Shown: positions 1 through 16,833 of the stretch, one piece after another
Layout of the letters: every line of letters begins with the position of its first letter
Position numbering within the stretch: the stretch's first letter is position 1
Position numbers and translations under genes: made by a program
The notes under the pieces: generated by a model
Seen by the model: the letters and a program-made list of their open reading frames with translations, nothing else
Told to the model about the DNA's origin: nothing
Database searches by the model: none
Assembly: GCF_009914755.1 (NCBI RefSeq)
Contig: NC_060942.1
Source of the DNA: the human T2T-CHM13v2.0 reference genome, Homo sapiens
Length of the DNA: 64,000 nt
Direction: 5' to 3' (one strand)

Positions 1-329
1 TGTTACTAAATCACAACACAATCAGGTACATAATCTTTAAAAATTCTTGTTTAATTCCACTAAAATTATAGACCAAATTAAAATACTAGGAAGGATTTCC
101 AACAGCAAGAATATGGAACGTCTCTGCACCCACTGGATTCATAGGCGGATCATGTTTAAAACATATACACCAAGTGCACTCTACCTCTCAGTTTAACCAC
201 TGCCATCAATTAGCAAAACTCCTGCACACTGCTCACATAGATTTCCAATCTTGTGCTTGTTACTGAAAAGCAGATATGCCCCTGGTATAATGGAAAGCGA
301 TCGATTTTTGAAGCTGCATATTTAAGTTC

Positions 330-495
330 CAACTTCTTCATTAACTACTGGTATGACCTAGCCAAATTACTTAATTTGAGAATCGCAGTTCTCATCTGTA
401 AAATGGAGGTAAAAATGCCACCAACTCATAGGACAGCTATGAAGATGATATGGCAATGTGTGGAAAGTGCCCAGCACACAGCTCAATAAATATGA
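330..495. mobile_element. MIR
   Basis: MIR core CAGTTCTCATCTGTAAAATGGAG...GCACACAGCTCAATAAATAT. Confidence 0.75.
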
Positions 496-1309
496 GTTCC
501 CTAACTCCCCAAAACCAACAAGAAAACCCATAAGTATTGAACTGTCAAATATTTATTTATTTATCCCTTAATACACACTTAAATTACTAATTTATCAGCC
601 TTCCCTTATCTTCCCCTGCACTGAGCAGGAGGGGAGTATAAAACATCATTTAGTAATTTTGAAGTGGTTATACGTTTTGAAATAGTACCAAAGCAGCTCT
701 ATTAAACAACTGTAAGTGATCTGCTTTGATTTTATTTACATTAATGTTTCATTACAATAGAAGTATAAACCTAGTAGATGACAAAGAAAATCAACATCCT
801 TGTTCACACCTAGGACATCTCTCAGTATTAAGCAACTTACATTTGTATGATGTTTTATAGTTTACAAGGTGGTTTTGAATATATGATTTCATTTGATACA
901 GCCATCTTGTGAAAAAGGAATAGCAGGTAGTATTTCTATTATAGATGAGATATTCACACTGATAAAGAAAATACTAAGTGGCAGAACAAAGACTTTTTTA
1001 AGTCTAGGTTTTTTATTTTTTTTAAATTTCAACTTTTATTTTGAATTCAGAGTGTACGTGTGCAGGTTTGTTACATGGGTATATTGCATGATGCTGAGAT
1101 TTGGGATATGAATGATTCCATCACTCAGGTAATGAGCAAAGTACCCAACAGTTTTTTAACCCTTGTCCCCCTCCTTCTTCCCCCCATAGTAGTACCCAGT
1201 GTCTATTGTTCTCCTTTATATACATAAGTAATCAATGTTTAGTTTCCACCTGTATGTAAGAACATGCAGTATTTGGTTTTCTGTTCCTATGTTAATTTCC
1301 TTAGGATAA

Positions 1310-1742
<433 letters not shown>

Positions 1743-2171
1743 CCAATCCACTGTTGATGGGCACCTAGGTTGATGTGATGTCTTTGCTATTGCAAATACT
1801 GCTGTGATAAATATACAAGTGCATGTGTCTTTTTGGTAGAATTATTTATTTTCTTTTGAATATATACCCAGTAATAGGATTGCTGGGTGAAATGGTAATC
1901 CTGTTTTAAGTTCTTTGAGAAATCTCCAGACTGCTTTCCATGGTGGCTGAACTAATTTACATTCCCACCAACGATGTATAAGCACTCCCTTTTCTCTGCA
2001 GCCTCACCAGCATCTGTTATTTTTTGACCTTTTAATAACACCATTCTGACTGGTGTGAGATGGCAAATCACTGCAGTTTTGATTTGCGTTTCTCTAATGA
2101 TTAATGATGTGGAGCACTTTTTCATGTTTGTTGGCTTCTTATATGTCTCCCTTTGAAAACTGTCCATTCAC

Positions 2172-2509
<338 letters not shown>

Positions 2510-3712
2510 TCATTTTTTAATGGGGTTATTTGGTTTTTGCTTGTTGAACTGTTTGAATTCCTTATAGATTCTGGATATTAGATGTTTGCTGAATGCAGTT
2601 TGCAAATATTTTCTCCCATTCTGTAGGTTGTCTGTTTACTCTGTTGATTTTTTATTTTGCTGTGCAGATGCTCGTTAGTTTAAATAGATTCCACTGGTCA
2701 ATTTTTGTTTTTGTTACAATTGTTTTTCAGAACTTAGTCACAAATTCTTTCCCACAGCCAATGTCCAGAATGGTGTTTCCTAGGTTTTCTTGTAGGATTC
2801 CTACACTCTGTGTTCTTGCATTTAAATCTTTAATCCATCTTCAGTTAAACTTTTTATATGGTGAAAGGTAGTGGTCCAGTTTCATTATTCTGCATATGGT
2901 CAGCTATTCCAGAACCATTTATTGAATAGGAAGTCTTTTCCTTATGATTTTTGTCCGCTTTGACAAAGATCAGATAGCTGTAGGTATATGGCTTTATTTC
3001 TGGGTTCTCTATTCTGTTCCATTGGTCTGTTTTTGTGCCAATATCATGCTGGTTTTGTTACTGTAGCCTTATAGTATACTTAGAGGTCAGATAATGTGAT
3101 GCCTCCAGCTTTGTTCTTTTTGCTTAGGATTGTTTTGGCTATTCAAGCTCTTTTTTTGGTTCCATATTTTTGAACAGTTTTTTCTAATTCTGTGAAAAAT
3201 GACATGGTAGTTTCATAAGAATAGTATTGTATCTGTAGATTGCTTCGGACAGTATGGCCATTTTAACAATGTCAATTCTTCCCATCCATGAATATGGAAT
3301 GTTTTTCCATTTGTTTGTATTGTCTATGATTTCTTTCAGCAGTGTTTTATTGTTCTCCTTATAGAGATCTTCCACCTCCTCGGGCAAATGTATTCCTAGG
3401 TATTTTCTTTTTTGTGAGGCTGTTGTTAATGGGTTTGCATTCTTGATTTGGTTGTCAGCTTGAATATTATCAATGTATAGAAATGCTACTGATTTTTGTA
3501 CATTGATTTTGTATCCTTCTGAAGTCATTTATCTGCTCTAGGAATCTTCTGGAGGAGTTTTTAGGATTTTCTAGAAGCATATTGTCAGCAAAAAGAGATG
3601 GTTTGACTTCTTCTTTTCCTATTTGAGTACCTTTTATTTCTTTCTCTTGCCTGATTGCTCAGGCTAGGATGACCATTATTTTTATTTTTTAAAATAAAAT
3701 GGCTATTACTTT

Positions 3713-4022
3713 GGATGTGCATGGTGGCTCACGCCTGTAATCCCAACACTTTGGGAGGCTGAGACAGGCAGATCACCTGAGGCAGGATTTTGAGACCAGT
3801 CTGGCCCCAAAGTGGTGAAACCCCGTCTCTACTAAAAATACAAAAATTAGCCAGGTCTGGTGGCTCACACCTGTAATCCCAGCTACTCAGGAGGTTGAGG
3901 CACAAGAATTACTTGAACCTGGGAGACAGAGGTTGCAGAGAGCCGAGATCATGCCACTGCACTCTAGCCTGAGTGATAGAGTGAGACTCTGTCTCAAAAA
4001 AGAAAAGAAAAGAAAAAAGAAA
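3713..4022 (+). mobile_element. AluS
   Basis: Full Alu; TSD TGGCTATTACTTT. Confidence 0.93.
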
Positions 4023-4049
4023 GTGGCTATTACTTTTTATTATTGTAAA

Positions 4050-5380
4050 AATGAACCATCCCAAAATCACCAGGAGGCAACACTAAACACCTATCAAAAT
4101 TGCAAAAATAAAAAATAGTGACAACATCAAATGCCAGCGAGGAGGCAGATAAACTGGCTCTCTCACACATTGCTGATGGGAAAGTAAAGTGATAAAACCA
4201 CTCTGGAAAGCCATTTGGCAATTTCCTATAAGGCTAAATATGCACTAACTATACAACACAGCAATTGTACTCTTGAACATTTATCTCAAAGAAATGAAAA
4301 CTTATGTTCACTCAAAAACTTGTACATGAATTTCATAGCAACTTTATTCATTACAGCCAAAAAGTGGTAATGATCCAAATGTCCCTCAGTGAGTGACTGT
4401 CTAAACAAACTATGGCACATCTACAACACAGAACACTACTTAGCAATTAAAAAGGAATGAACAAGTGAGATCCATAACAACTTCAATGGATTTCAAGACA
4501 CTATGCTGAGTGAAAGAAAAGAGCCCTTCTCAAAATGTTACGTAATGTAAAATTCCATTTACATAATATTGCTGAAATAAAACTACAGAAATAGAAAACT
4601 AATTAGTGGCTGCCAGGAATTAGGGATGGGGATGGGGAGGAGAGGATGGGTGTGGCTATAAAGGGTAAGCACTGTATCTTGATCATGGTTGGTTACATAA
4701 ATCTACTCACATGATAAAACGGTATAGAGCTATACATAAACACATAAATGAATGCACGGATAAATAACTGTGTTAGTCCATTTTGCATGGCTATAAAGGA
4801 ATACCGGAGCCTGAGTAATTTATAAAGAAAAGAGGTTTAATTTGTTCATGGTTCTTCAAGCTGTATAAGAAGCATGGTGTTAGCAACTGCTCAGCTTCTG
4901 GTAAGGCCTCAGGAAGCTTACAATCATTGCAGAAGGTGAAGGAGGAGCCAGCATGTTACAAGGCAAGAGAAGAAGCAAGAGAGAGAAAGGAAAGAGATGC
5001 CACACTCTTCTAAACAACTAGATCTTGTGTGAACAAACTGAGCAAGAATTCACTCATCATCAGGGGATGGCGCTAGCCATTCATGAGGGATCTGCCACCA
5101 TGACCCAAACACTTCTCACCAGGCCCTACCTCCAACGTTGGAGGTCACATTTCAACATGAGATTTGGAGGGGACAAAATATCCAAACCGTATCACTGACA
5201 GCTGAAATCTCAATAAGCTCTGGGGATTGTACCAATGTCAGTTTCCTATTTTTGATACTGTACTGTAGTTATACAAGATGTTACAGTTACAAGAAACTAT
5301 GGGAGCTAAAGAACCACCCTGTACATTTTTGCAACCTCTAATCCATTTAAATTATTTCCAAGTAAGTTTTAAAAACTGAA
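4050..5380 (+). mobile_element. Old L1M 3' end, interrupted by an MST LTR
   Basis: Degenerate L1 3'-end motifs (CTCTCACACATTGCTGATGGG, GAAATGAAAACTTATGTTCAC). Confidence 0.7.
4769..5194 (+). mobile_element. MST (MaLR) solo LTR
   Basis: TGTGTTAGTCCATTTTGCATGGCTATAAAGGAATACC ... TTTCAACATGAGATTTGGAGGGGACAAAATATCCAAACCGTATCA. Confidence 0.85.
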
Positions 5381-5383
5381 CCA

Positions 5384-5515
5384 GCCAGGTGCAGTGGCAC
5401 ATGCCTGTAGTGCCAGCTACTCAAGAGGCTGAAGGGGGAGGACTGCCTGATTCCAGGAATTTAAGAACAGCCTGGGCAACATAGCAAGACCTCATCTCAA
5501 AAAAAAAAAAAAAAA
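5384..5515 (+). mobile_element. FLAM/Alu monomer
   Basis: Monomer with poly(A); TSD AAAAACTGAACCA. Confidence 0.85.
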
Positions 5516-6438
5516 CTGAACCATAAAAAGCTATACAAACATATTAAAAATTTAAATGAATATATCATATACATTTTAAAATATATATACAATTTTGCAT
5601 GAACAATATTATGTTATACACATGGTTTTATAACTGGCTTTAACTACTTAATATGCTGTAGGTCCTTTTCCATATCTAAAAACATAGGATTGTTTTTAAC
5701 GGCTATATGTTGTTCCAGTGTGCAGATGCACCATTTTTATTTATGTAGCCGATCTTACTGGTGGACATTTAAGTTGTTAGCAATTTTCTACCATAAACAT
5801 TGCTATGAATGTCTTTACACATGTCTCTCCACATATATTTCTGAACTTGTCCAATTATGTCCTTAACATAAATCTGGAAGTGCAATTGCTAGGTCAATGA
5901 ACACTTCTGTTCTGATGAATGTCGCAAATTATATTCCAGAAAGATTACCCACCAGTAGTGCATAATTGTGGCTTATAATCTTCCACACATTGCTAGATTT
6001 GCAAAGTTGCAAATCAAGATCTTTTGACACCAAATCCAGTTATCTTTAAACTCAAATAAGTATGTGATGACAGTAAGCAAGCATAAAGCTTTATTACAAA
6101 TATGGATTGTTTTCCCTCTAAAATGGCCTACAGAGGAACCCATAAAGGGTATGATGTCTAAGTAGCAAATTATTACCGTGCCATGTAAATTTAGAAGGAA
6201 CCCTATTCAACATGACCTAAATTCTTTAGCTGTCCCAGGCAATCAATTGTTGTATTAAATAACAAGAGGGACGGGGCACATAAATATTGTACAGAGTTTA
6301 TAACCTCTATGGACTTAAACTCATGTGAGAATCCTCTGGCATAACAAACGGCTCTGGCCTAAACTTCAAGAATGGTCTAGTCAACAAAATACAGAAATAT
6401 TCAGTTGTGACAGAAAAAGTAAAAACTCAGTAAATGTG

Positions 6439-6754
<316 letters not shown>

Positions 6755-7501
6755 TTAGCAAATATTAAATAAAAAATTCTGGATTATATTTGTTCATTAT
6801 AAAGACACATGATTGACTATATTGCTGCTTAAGCAGAAAATGCTTCCAAATGTCATCAGCCACAATTCAGGAGGTGATGGAAGAGAAACAACCATGGCCT
6901 TGATGGTAGATCTGCTCTCCACCACAACTCAGGGGAGACCCCACCACAGCTCATGAATGATGGAATAAAAAGACCAGAGCTTGGTGTTAAAGCATGTATC
7001 CCTTCATTCATCAACAGAGTACCACTGTTGGATGTCAATTAGTTTTCCCATCCTGGCAAATTAATAAGGAAAAAATATTTGTTGGTAGGGAAAAAAAGCC
7101 TCTTTCATATGAAGCCTGTAGTTCAAGAATTCAAGTTTCCACAATAAAAATAAATATATAACATGGACCATCTAATAAACTAAATACCTAGTCCTGATAA
7201 TTGTCACATATGAAAATATGCAAGAGGTATTTACAATATGTTGGTCAATTGGTGTAGCAGGTCAGGCAGGCTACAGTTTGCAAGTGAAATACTCACAACT
7301 GGGGTCAACAGAAGCAGCACACTTAAGCTAACTCAGCTGATGTTCTGTGACTTAGGTCGTGGAGCCTATATGTAGTACCTAAAGAAACGATTTGTGCCTC
7401 TTTAGTGGTTTCTATCATCCAACACTTTTTTCCTTTGTCATCTCAATCTGCTTTTCTACTAACTCATCTGTCTCTTTCTTCTTCATCTGAACACTTTGGA
7501 T

Positions 7502-7795
7502 TTTGTGTGTGTGTGTTTTAGAGACAGGGTCTCGATGCATTCCCAAGGCTGGATTACAGTGTCATGATCCCAGCTCACTGCCGCTTAGAACTCCTGGGCT
7601 CAAGCAATCCTCCCACCTCAGCCTCCCGAGTAGCCAAGACTACAGGTGTGTGCCACCATGCCCAGCAAATTTTTTTTTGTAGCAATGGAGTCTCATTATG
7701 TTGCCCAGGCTAGTCTAGAACTCCTGGCCTCAAACAATCCTCCTGCCTTGACCCCCAAAGTACTGGGATTACAGGCATAAGCCACAGTACCCGGT
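7502..7795 (-). mobile_element. AluJ
   Basis: Diverged Alu with (TG)n-converted tail. Confidence 0.9.
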
Positions 7796-8049
7796 CACTG
7801 GATTTTTAAGTATTATAAGAGGTACCAATGGACACTGCCAGGCCATGGTGTTGGTCCTCAGGGATTAAGGTTAAAAAAAAATAAGAAGTTGAATAATATA
7901 TACTCTTAGAAGAAAAGCTTACCAATTGGTTGTATAATAACACCACAACCTCAAAAAAAAAAAAAGTCTTATTATATACATTTAGCAGACTTCACTGATC
8001 TGAAATTTACTAATTCAGGATTGGGGGCTGTTTGTCTAAAATTGAGTTG

Positions 8050-8240
8050 AAGCCTGGACAACATAGTGAGACCTTTTCTCTACCAAAAAAAAAAAAAAAA
8101 TTAGCTGGGCATGGTAGAGTGCCTGTAGTCCCAGCTGCTCCTTGAGCCCTGGAGGTGGAGGCTGCAATGAGCTGCCCTCCAGCCTGGCCAATACAGCAAA
8201 ACCCTGTCTCAAAAAAATTAAAATTAAAATTAAAATTAAA
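8050..8240 (+). mobile_element. Partial, internally deleted AluJ
   Basis: AGCCTGGACAACATAGTGAGACC...GGAGGCTGCAATGAGCTG. Confidence 0.8.
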
Positions 8241-10599
8241 CAAATTGAGTTGAAACTGACTTTTGTGTTATACTTTAAAGAAATCATTTTGACAAGGGAG
8301 AGGGGATTTAGAAAAAGTATTATTTAACCTTCTACAAAAGAAATGTGTTTAAAGATGTTAGCATATTATTGTCCATATGCAAATAAATTTGCTGAAATAA
8401 CTTGCATTTTGTACAGGCCTATATACACTATTCAAAGTTCTTTCACCTTTATTATTTCATTTGATTTCTTTTAAAAACCCTGAGAAGTTGACCGAGGAAA
8501 TGGGAGTATCCTCACTTTACAAGTGACAGAAATAGAGAAGCAGAGTAACTTGTCCAATGTCACGGTATAAGAATAAACATATTTAACTTCCAGATTAATA
8601 CTCTTTCAATATGAATAATATTAAATGAGATACTCTTAAGGCAAACCCACATAATATCAACCTAGAAACACTCCAGCAACTAGTTGGAATTTCTATATAT
8701 TCCTAAAAGAAGTTGTGTCACACATAAATTATTATAAAAAGTATATCTACATTATAATTCCAATCATGCAAAAATTATGTGAATTATAAAGAATTGGAAG
8801 AAAACAAAATTTTAAATCTAATAAGGAAAATGGTAAGATGATAGACGACTTTCTTGTAACTGCTATGAAATCATAAACTATAGTGTGGTCGGGAAGCTAA
8901 AATTTTAAATTAAGTATTCCCTACTTCACAGTTTTCTGTAATTTAGACTGGTTTTATTTTACTTTTAGGCACACCGTTCTCATATATGAATCTCAATAAT
9001 GAAAAGTGAGAAATTAATAGCTCAAATATTTTTAAGAAAAGCAGATAGGCAAAAAAATTGTTGGGGGAGAAGTTATAACAGACCTCTGAACACAGGTTTG
9101 CTGAACAATCAAACTGTAAGTTTCATAACATAAACACTGAAAATCCTTAGTCCCTTCAGCTGAAAGTTCCGCCATAAAATTCTTTCAAAACTGACATTTT
9201 ATATTAATGATGTCAATTTCAGCCAACAACATACAAATTCTGATAAATATATAATGTTAGTCAAAGATATAACCTGAAAAAATCAACAAGTAACGATTCA
9301 GGAAAGGACAGAAGCACTTCTGAAGACATTTTCCCCCTTACCTTAGCAAAGAGAATTACAGAAATCATTCACAAAACTAACAAGAATCAGCCAATTCAGT
9401 GGTTAAACTGTGGGAAGGTTAATGTTTTAAGAGGACCTATTAATAGGAAAAAGTCAAAGGACAAAAACTGCATATAAATTATAGCAATTTTTAACGCACC
9501 CATGCAGAACCAAAAAGGTGTTTACATTCATGTGATTCACAGACAATCGTATATGCTGTCATTCAACTGCCAAAATGAAAGGAAATATAACTATTAAAAT
9601 GTCAAAATGTCAGCAACTACTATGCTAGATAATACGGTGTTTATTTTCCCAAGAAAGAGAAAAACATTGACTTAAAAAAAAAAAAAAAAAAAAAATTCCA
9701 ACCAACACAGTGAGAAAGAAGAGGAATCAAGGGTGCACCTGCAGTAAAACTTACATGTCCCTTTACTTTAATGCTTTAAAGGATATATTTCCCCCATTTA
9801 AGCTTTTAGTTTAAGGGACTGATTAATCCTGGGAAAACTTAAGCATCTTCTAAAATGATTTTTGCATAGAAAGGTATAAATGAAAGAATGGGAAATAAAG
9901 GTTTTGACTCAAGATGTAAAAACTGAACTTCTTGTGGTCCCTCAATTTGAAAAATATAATAAGATGCCAAGAAAAGTCTCAAATTATTTATTCCCTGAGT
10001 AAAACAGCCTAGTACATTATTTTGGTCACCAACCAAGCAAACCTACAAAGAAAAAGTTAAAACAGAATTTAGAAGATGGTTTAGCAGCGATCCCAGGCCC
10101 ACCTCTACAACAGAGCAGATTTTTCAACTTGAAAAGTTCTAATAAAATTGAACATAAAGTGTGCCAAAGAGCCTAAAAATATAGAAACAGAGACAGGCAT
10201 CAAAGATTCAAAGAAGAAAGTAATTTTACAATCACTTGCTTCTGTCAGTTAAAAACGTGACCTAATTAAACAAAAGTCTCTCTTCCTGTGTGTCAACTGA
10301 GGAAACAGACTAAGAAACTTTGACAAAGGATCATTCAGGCAGCTCTGCTTAAAAAGAGAGAAGATACACTCTACTCAAGGCAAGGTGAAAATACTAAACA
10401 GATTACCCATCAGCTTGTGTGATCACTGTAAATGATGGCACTCAAGATTCCTCTGATTATGATCTGCAGCTTTGAAAAATGCTTGAAAATGTGAACATAT
10501 AATCTGGTGGTTCTACTCTCAAAGATTACCATACGATTTAATGCTGCAGCTCTTTAGTACTTACATGAAACTGGGTCTCAGATTAGCCTGTGCTTCCCA

Positions 10600-10845
10600 A
10601 GGAGACAGTGTGGCATGATGGTCAACGGAATTCCTCTCTGGACTTAGACAAATAAACCTGGTTTAAATTAAATCTGGTCCTTACTCGCTACTCACTGTGT
10701 GGCTTTAGACAACCTTCCTAGGCCTCAGTTCTCTCACACGTGGGAATAATAGACTTGAATAACAATAACAGAACTAAAAAAATGGAGGTGTCTACAGCAA
10801 TGGGTCCAGCATCTGACAAACAGTGAGCTCAATAAATAACTGGTA
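10600..10845. mobile_element. MIR
   Basis: CTACTCACTGTGTGGCTTTAGACAA...GCCTCAGTTCTCTCA...GAGCTCAATAAATA. Confidence 0.65.
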
Positions 10846-11109
10846 AAGTAACAATGATGCTTACGTTAGCGAATCCTTTTAGCAGAATTATATTATCATT
10901 ATATCATTTTATCATTCTATTTTATCATTTATCTCAGTAGAATTAAATTTTTTATCATGTAAGAAAAATCCCTGAAAGAAAAGTCAAAGTGACAAGTGGA
11001 AACTAACAATGCTAAAGAGAAATGGAAGCCCTTTAAAAGGATAAGAGTACAGCAAACTGAAGTTTAGAAAACATTATATGATGTGGTATATAACTACAAT
11101 GGGTAATTA

Positions 11110-11476
<367 letters not shown>

Positions 11477-11840
11477 CATTATGCTACATGAAATAAGCCA
11501 GTCACAAAAAGACAAATATTGTATGATTCCACTTATATGACATACCCAGAGTAGTCAAATTCATAGAGACAGAAAGTAAAAATAGAGGTGACCAGAAACT
11601 GGAGGGAGAGGATGGGAAGTTATTGTTTAATAGGTATAGCATTTCTATCTGAGGTGATGAAAATATTCTGGAAAGGGATGGTGGGGATGGTTGCACAACC
11701 CTGTGAATGTACTTTAAACTGTACAATTAAAAATGGTTGAAAAGGTTACAAGAGTCAAGAGGACCAGACGAAAAAACAATAATTTAAAAAATGGTTGAAA
11801 AGGTAAATTTTATGTTTATTTTACCACAATAAAAAAAACA
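11477..11840 (+). mobile_element. Old L1M 3' end
   Basis: GAAATAAGCCAGTCACAAAAAGACAAATATTGTATGATTCCACTTATATGA...GGTAAATTTTATG. Confidence 0.8.
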
Positions 11841-12039
11841 TGAATAAAATCTTTCCATATTATAGGATAGTTAGTAAATTATAGCAGACTAGACTCAATT
11901 CCCAAATAGTGATAATGAAACAGGCTCATCTCTGGAATACCATACAACTTATAAGATCTTTCACACAGCCAAGTCCTTATGTTATTTGTTTCGTGTTGGC
12001 TGTTCTGCTACACGGGCCTTTTGCTGCTCTTCTAACAAG

Positions 12040-12400
12040 CAGAACTTACTTCCACTTCAGCCTCTTTACACTCGCTGCCCCTCTACCTGGAATACTCTCC
12101 ACAAAACATGCATGGCTCACTCCCTGGCATCATAATGTCTCTGCTCAAATGCTGCTTTCCCAGAGACTCTCTGGCTAAAGAAATCTCCTAAAGCTATTGC
12201 TCTCCATCACCTCACTCCGCTTCGCTTTTCTTCCTTACACTTGACACTTCCAGAAATGACTTAACATATTTATTTGTTCACTTGTTTATCGCTCATCTCC
12301 TCTAGTAACATATAAACTGCATGAGAGCAGGGACTTTGTCACTCATGTTTTTAGTCCTTAAAAACAGTCCCTAGCAACTAGAAGACATTCCATAACTATT
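12040..12400 (+). mobile_element. L2 3' end fragment
   Basis: CTCTACCTGGAATACTCT...TAAACTGCATGAGAGCAGGGACTTTGTC. Confidence 0.65.
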
Positions 12401-12419
12401 TTTTTAGGTATATTAATCA

Positions 12420-12783
<364 letters not shown>

Positions 12784-13015
12784 TAAAAAAATTTTAAAAA
12801 TGAGAGAGAATTAAAACGATATACACCATAATGTTAACAAGTTACTCTTGGTTGTTATTATTTTTATCTTTTTTTTTTTTTGCCTTCCTGGTGCTTTTCT
12901 GTATTTAAAGTATTAAAAATGAACATGCATTACTTTGGTACTTAGAAAAATTAGTTTTAAGTGACTGTGCCAAGAGCTGCCCTTTTTGCCTTATATGAGC
13001 ACCATCTAGTGCTCA

Positions 13016-13383
<368 letters not shown>

Positions 13384-13624
13384 GGTAGATTGCTTATACA
13401 CAAAGATGACTATTACTATAATCACTGTCTGGCTTAATTTTTAAAACAGCAGAACAATTAGTTCAAAAGAGGCACAGGACTTTCAATCATCAAGATAAAG
13501 CGGTCATCAGAAAATTGGTTAAATTTCTGCTGCTTATTTTCATTCCTCAAATATTTTAGACTAACTCTCAAGACAGAGTCCTAGGTCTTTGTAAACTAAT
13601 AGGTAATTACTCCTTGAAAGAAGA

Positions 13625-13815
13625 GCAAAGTCAGACACTTTACATGCATGATAGTGTTTCATCATCCCTATGAATCTACATGGTAGGGGTTATTATTTCC
13701 ATTTTACAAAAGCAACAACAGGTTCAGTGAGATTAAGCAGCTTTCCTGAATTCACAAACTAGTCAGTTGTGGAGCTCAGGCAAGGTCAGTTTGGCTCCAA
13801 AATCCATGTTCCCCC
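13625..13815. mobile_element. MIR
   Basis: TATTATTTCCATTTTACA...GGTTCAGTGAGATTAAGCAGCTTTCC. Confidence 0.65.
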
Positions 13816-14599
13816 TGCCATGCTACATGGTCTCCATTCTTCACACTTCACCCAAAGTCACTGCACCTTTTAGCAAAACAATTCCTCTGGAGAAGAGTAT
13901 TCAGGCTGCTGCTATACTGCTCAGAGCTGCTCTCAAATCTGGAACTCTAAGCTCATTAAGTATTAACACTCAAATCAGGTGTTAATTTAAAACAAAAGAA
14001 CTTTTTAAAGATATTATTCTCTATACTGCTGTTAGCTGGTTACACACACTTACTGAGATGTAGGACTTTCCATTTCCTACACAGTAATAGAAATTCAGAC
14101 CTTCAGCACATCACAGGTATATTGCTGCAGATGTCTCAGATTTTGTTTTCCTGCCCTAGTTTTTCTTCCTGCACTTTCCACCTACTCACCCTACTTAAAA
14201 AAATAATGTCTCTGAAACAATGTTTTCTCCAAATCCACTCAACAAGAGCCTACAAGGGACCCTACTTCTAATCCTCAGCTTTCTAACAAGTGTGCCAAAA
14301 ATAGGTAACAGGTGGACATATTTTTATTTCCCAGTTCAGCCTTTCATAGTTAGAGCCCCTACACCCTTCAGAGCCCCAGACCACTCTAGACCCAAGCAGC
14401 CTTATCAATTTACCCTGAAGCATCATGAACTATGTTGGGAAGCAATTTCTACATTCCCAACCTATTACACTTGATTCCCATTCCTCTCAACACAAACTGG
14501 AAGCATTACTAGAAGTCATCTGGCCACGTTTCCTTTATAGTACAAGAAGTCACTTCTACCCATATGTATAAGGTGGTAGCGGTGGTGTTGGTGGTGGTG

Positions 14600-14893
<294 letters not shown>

Positions 14894-15231
14894 TAAGGCT
14901 ATTCACTGCTACATTATATGTAATAACAAAACACTGGAAGCAATCCAAATGGTAAAACCCAAATGGTAAATCCAATTAATTTTGGTATATATGCCCCCCC
15001 ATTAAAAAGAGTGAGGAAGTTAATATATAGAAGGCTCTTCAAGATATAACTGATGAAAAAAAGCACAAAGTGAAAAAGTGTGTATAATATACATGCTATT
15101 ATTTATCAAAAAAAGAGAAGGGATATATGTGCATATTTGTTTGCATATGCATAAAATGCAATTCTTCTATAACACCCTTTATCATATTTCACCATACTTG
15201 TTTGCTGATTTACAGATAAGATTATAAGCTC

Positions 15232-15522
<291 letters not shown>

Positions 15523-16521
15523 TTATAAGCCTTTAAGAACAAGAGACATCATATATCCAGCTAACTATTATAGCCTGAGAAACAAATAAATGAATAACAG
15601 TTTGATACTCAGAGATAAGTCATCTGGTCCAGCAGTTCTCAATGATAAGCATGACACACGATTATGTTCACACACACCATAGCCTCAGATGCCTATGAAC
15701 CAAAAAATAATAAGTACAGGTCTGTTTTTCATTTTTGTTGCTATTATGTAGTTTAGAAACATGTATAAAATCAGTCATATAAGTAGTTTAAAATATTTAG
15801 GAAAAAAACAGTGTATATTATTAACCTTTAGTCTTTAATTATTCTTCATTTTGTTTCAGATCTTTGCTGCACAACTAATTTTAACAGGGTGAAAAAATAA
15901 AAACTATTAAATAATTTAAGAAAGATTTTAGAACCACACCTGGAAACTCTTACAAAATCTGATTACTCTGATGCTAAAAACAGTTAATAGTAAGGAAGGA
16001 TTAGATTCGTCCTAAAGGCCTTATTAGTATTTCTAAAAATTGCAGCAAACATCGATTTTTGGCTACAAAAATGGACTTTACTTGAAGACGGCACATATGT
16101 ATCTAACGAATTCCAAGAGTGAACAATCTCAGAATTATCTAGATTCAGAGTCTCCTCTACTGAGATTCATCTTAGCCCTGAATAATTCATGAACTAGGTA
16201 ATTTTGGCCCCTGACTCTGTCAACAAGGGGGCACCTGCTACCTCAAAGCCTACTCAGTCCCAAGGTCAAATATCAAATACCATCAGTGAGGAGCAGGGCA
16301 GTGCCAAAGAGAAAGTGACAGACCAAAAGTATATGCAACACCACAAATGAAACCTCTATCATGTAAACTCACTTGTGGCGGTGGGGGTGGGAAGAAACCT
16401 TTATAAATATACTCTCACAGATTTACAATGCAGTTTATTTACTTTACAGTTTTTTCACTTTCTAAGATCCCTTTATACGTTTCTCTTAAATCACCTGGGT
16501 GATTTAAGAAAAGAGAATGGT

Positions 16522-16833
<312 letters not shown>

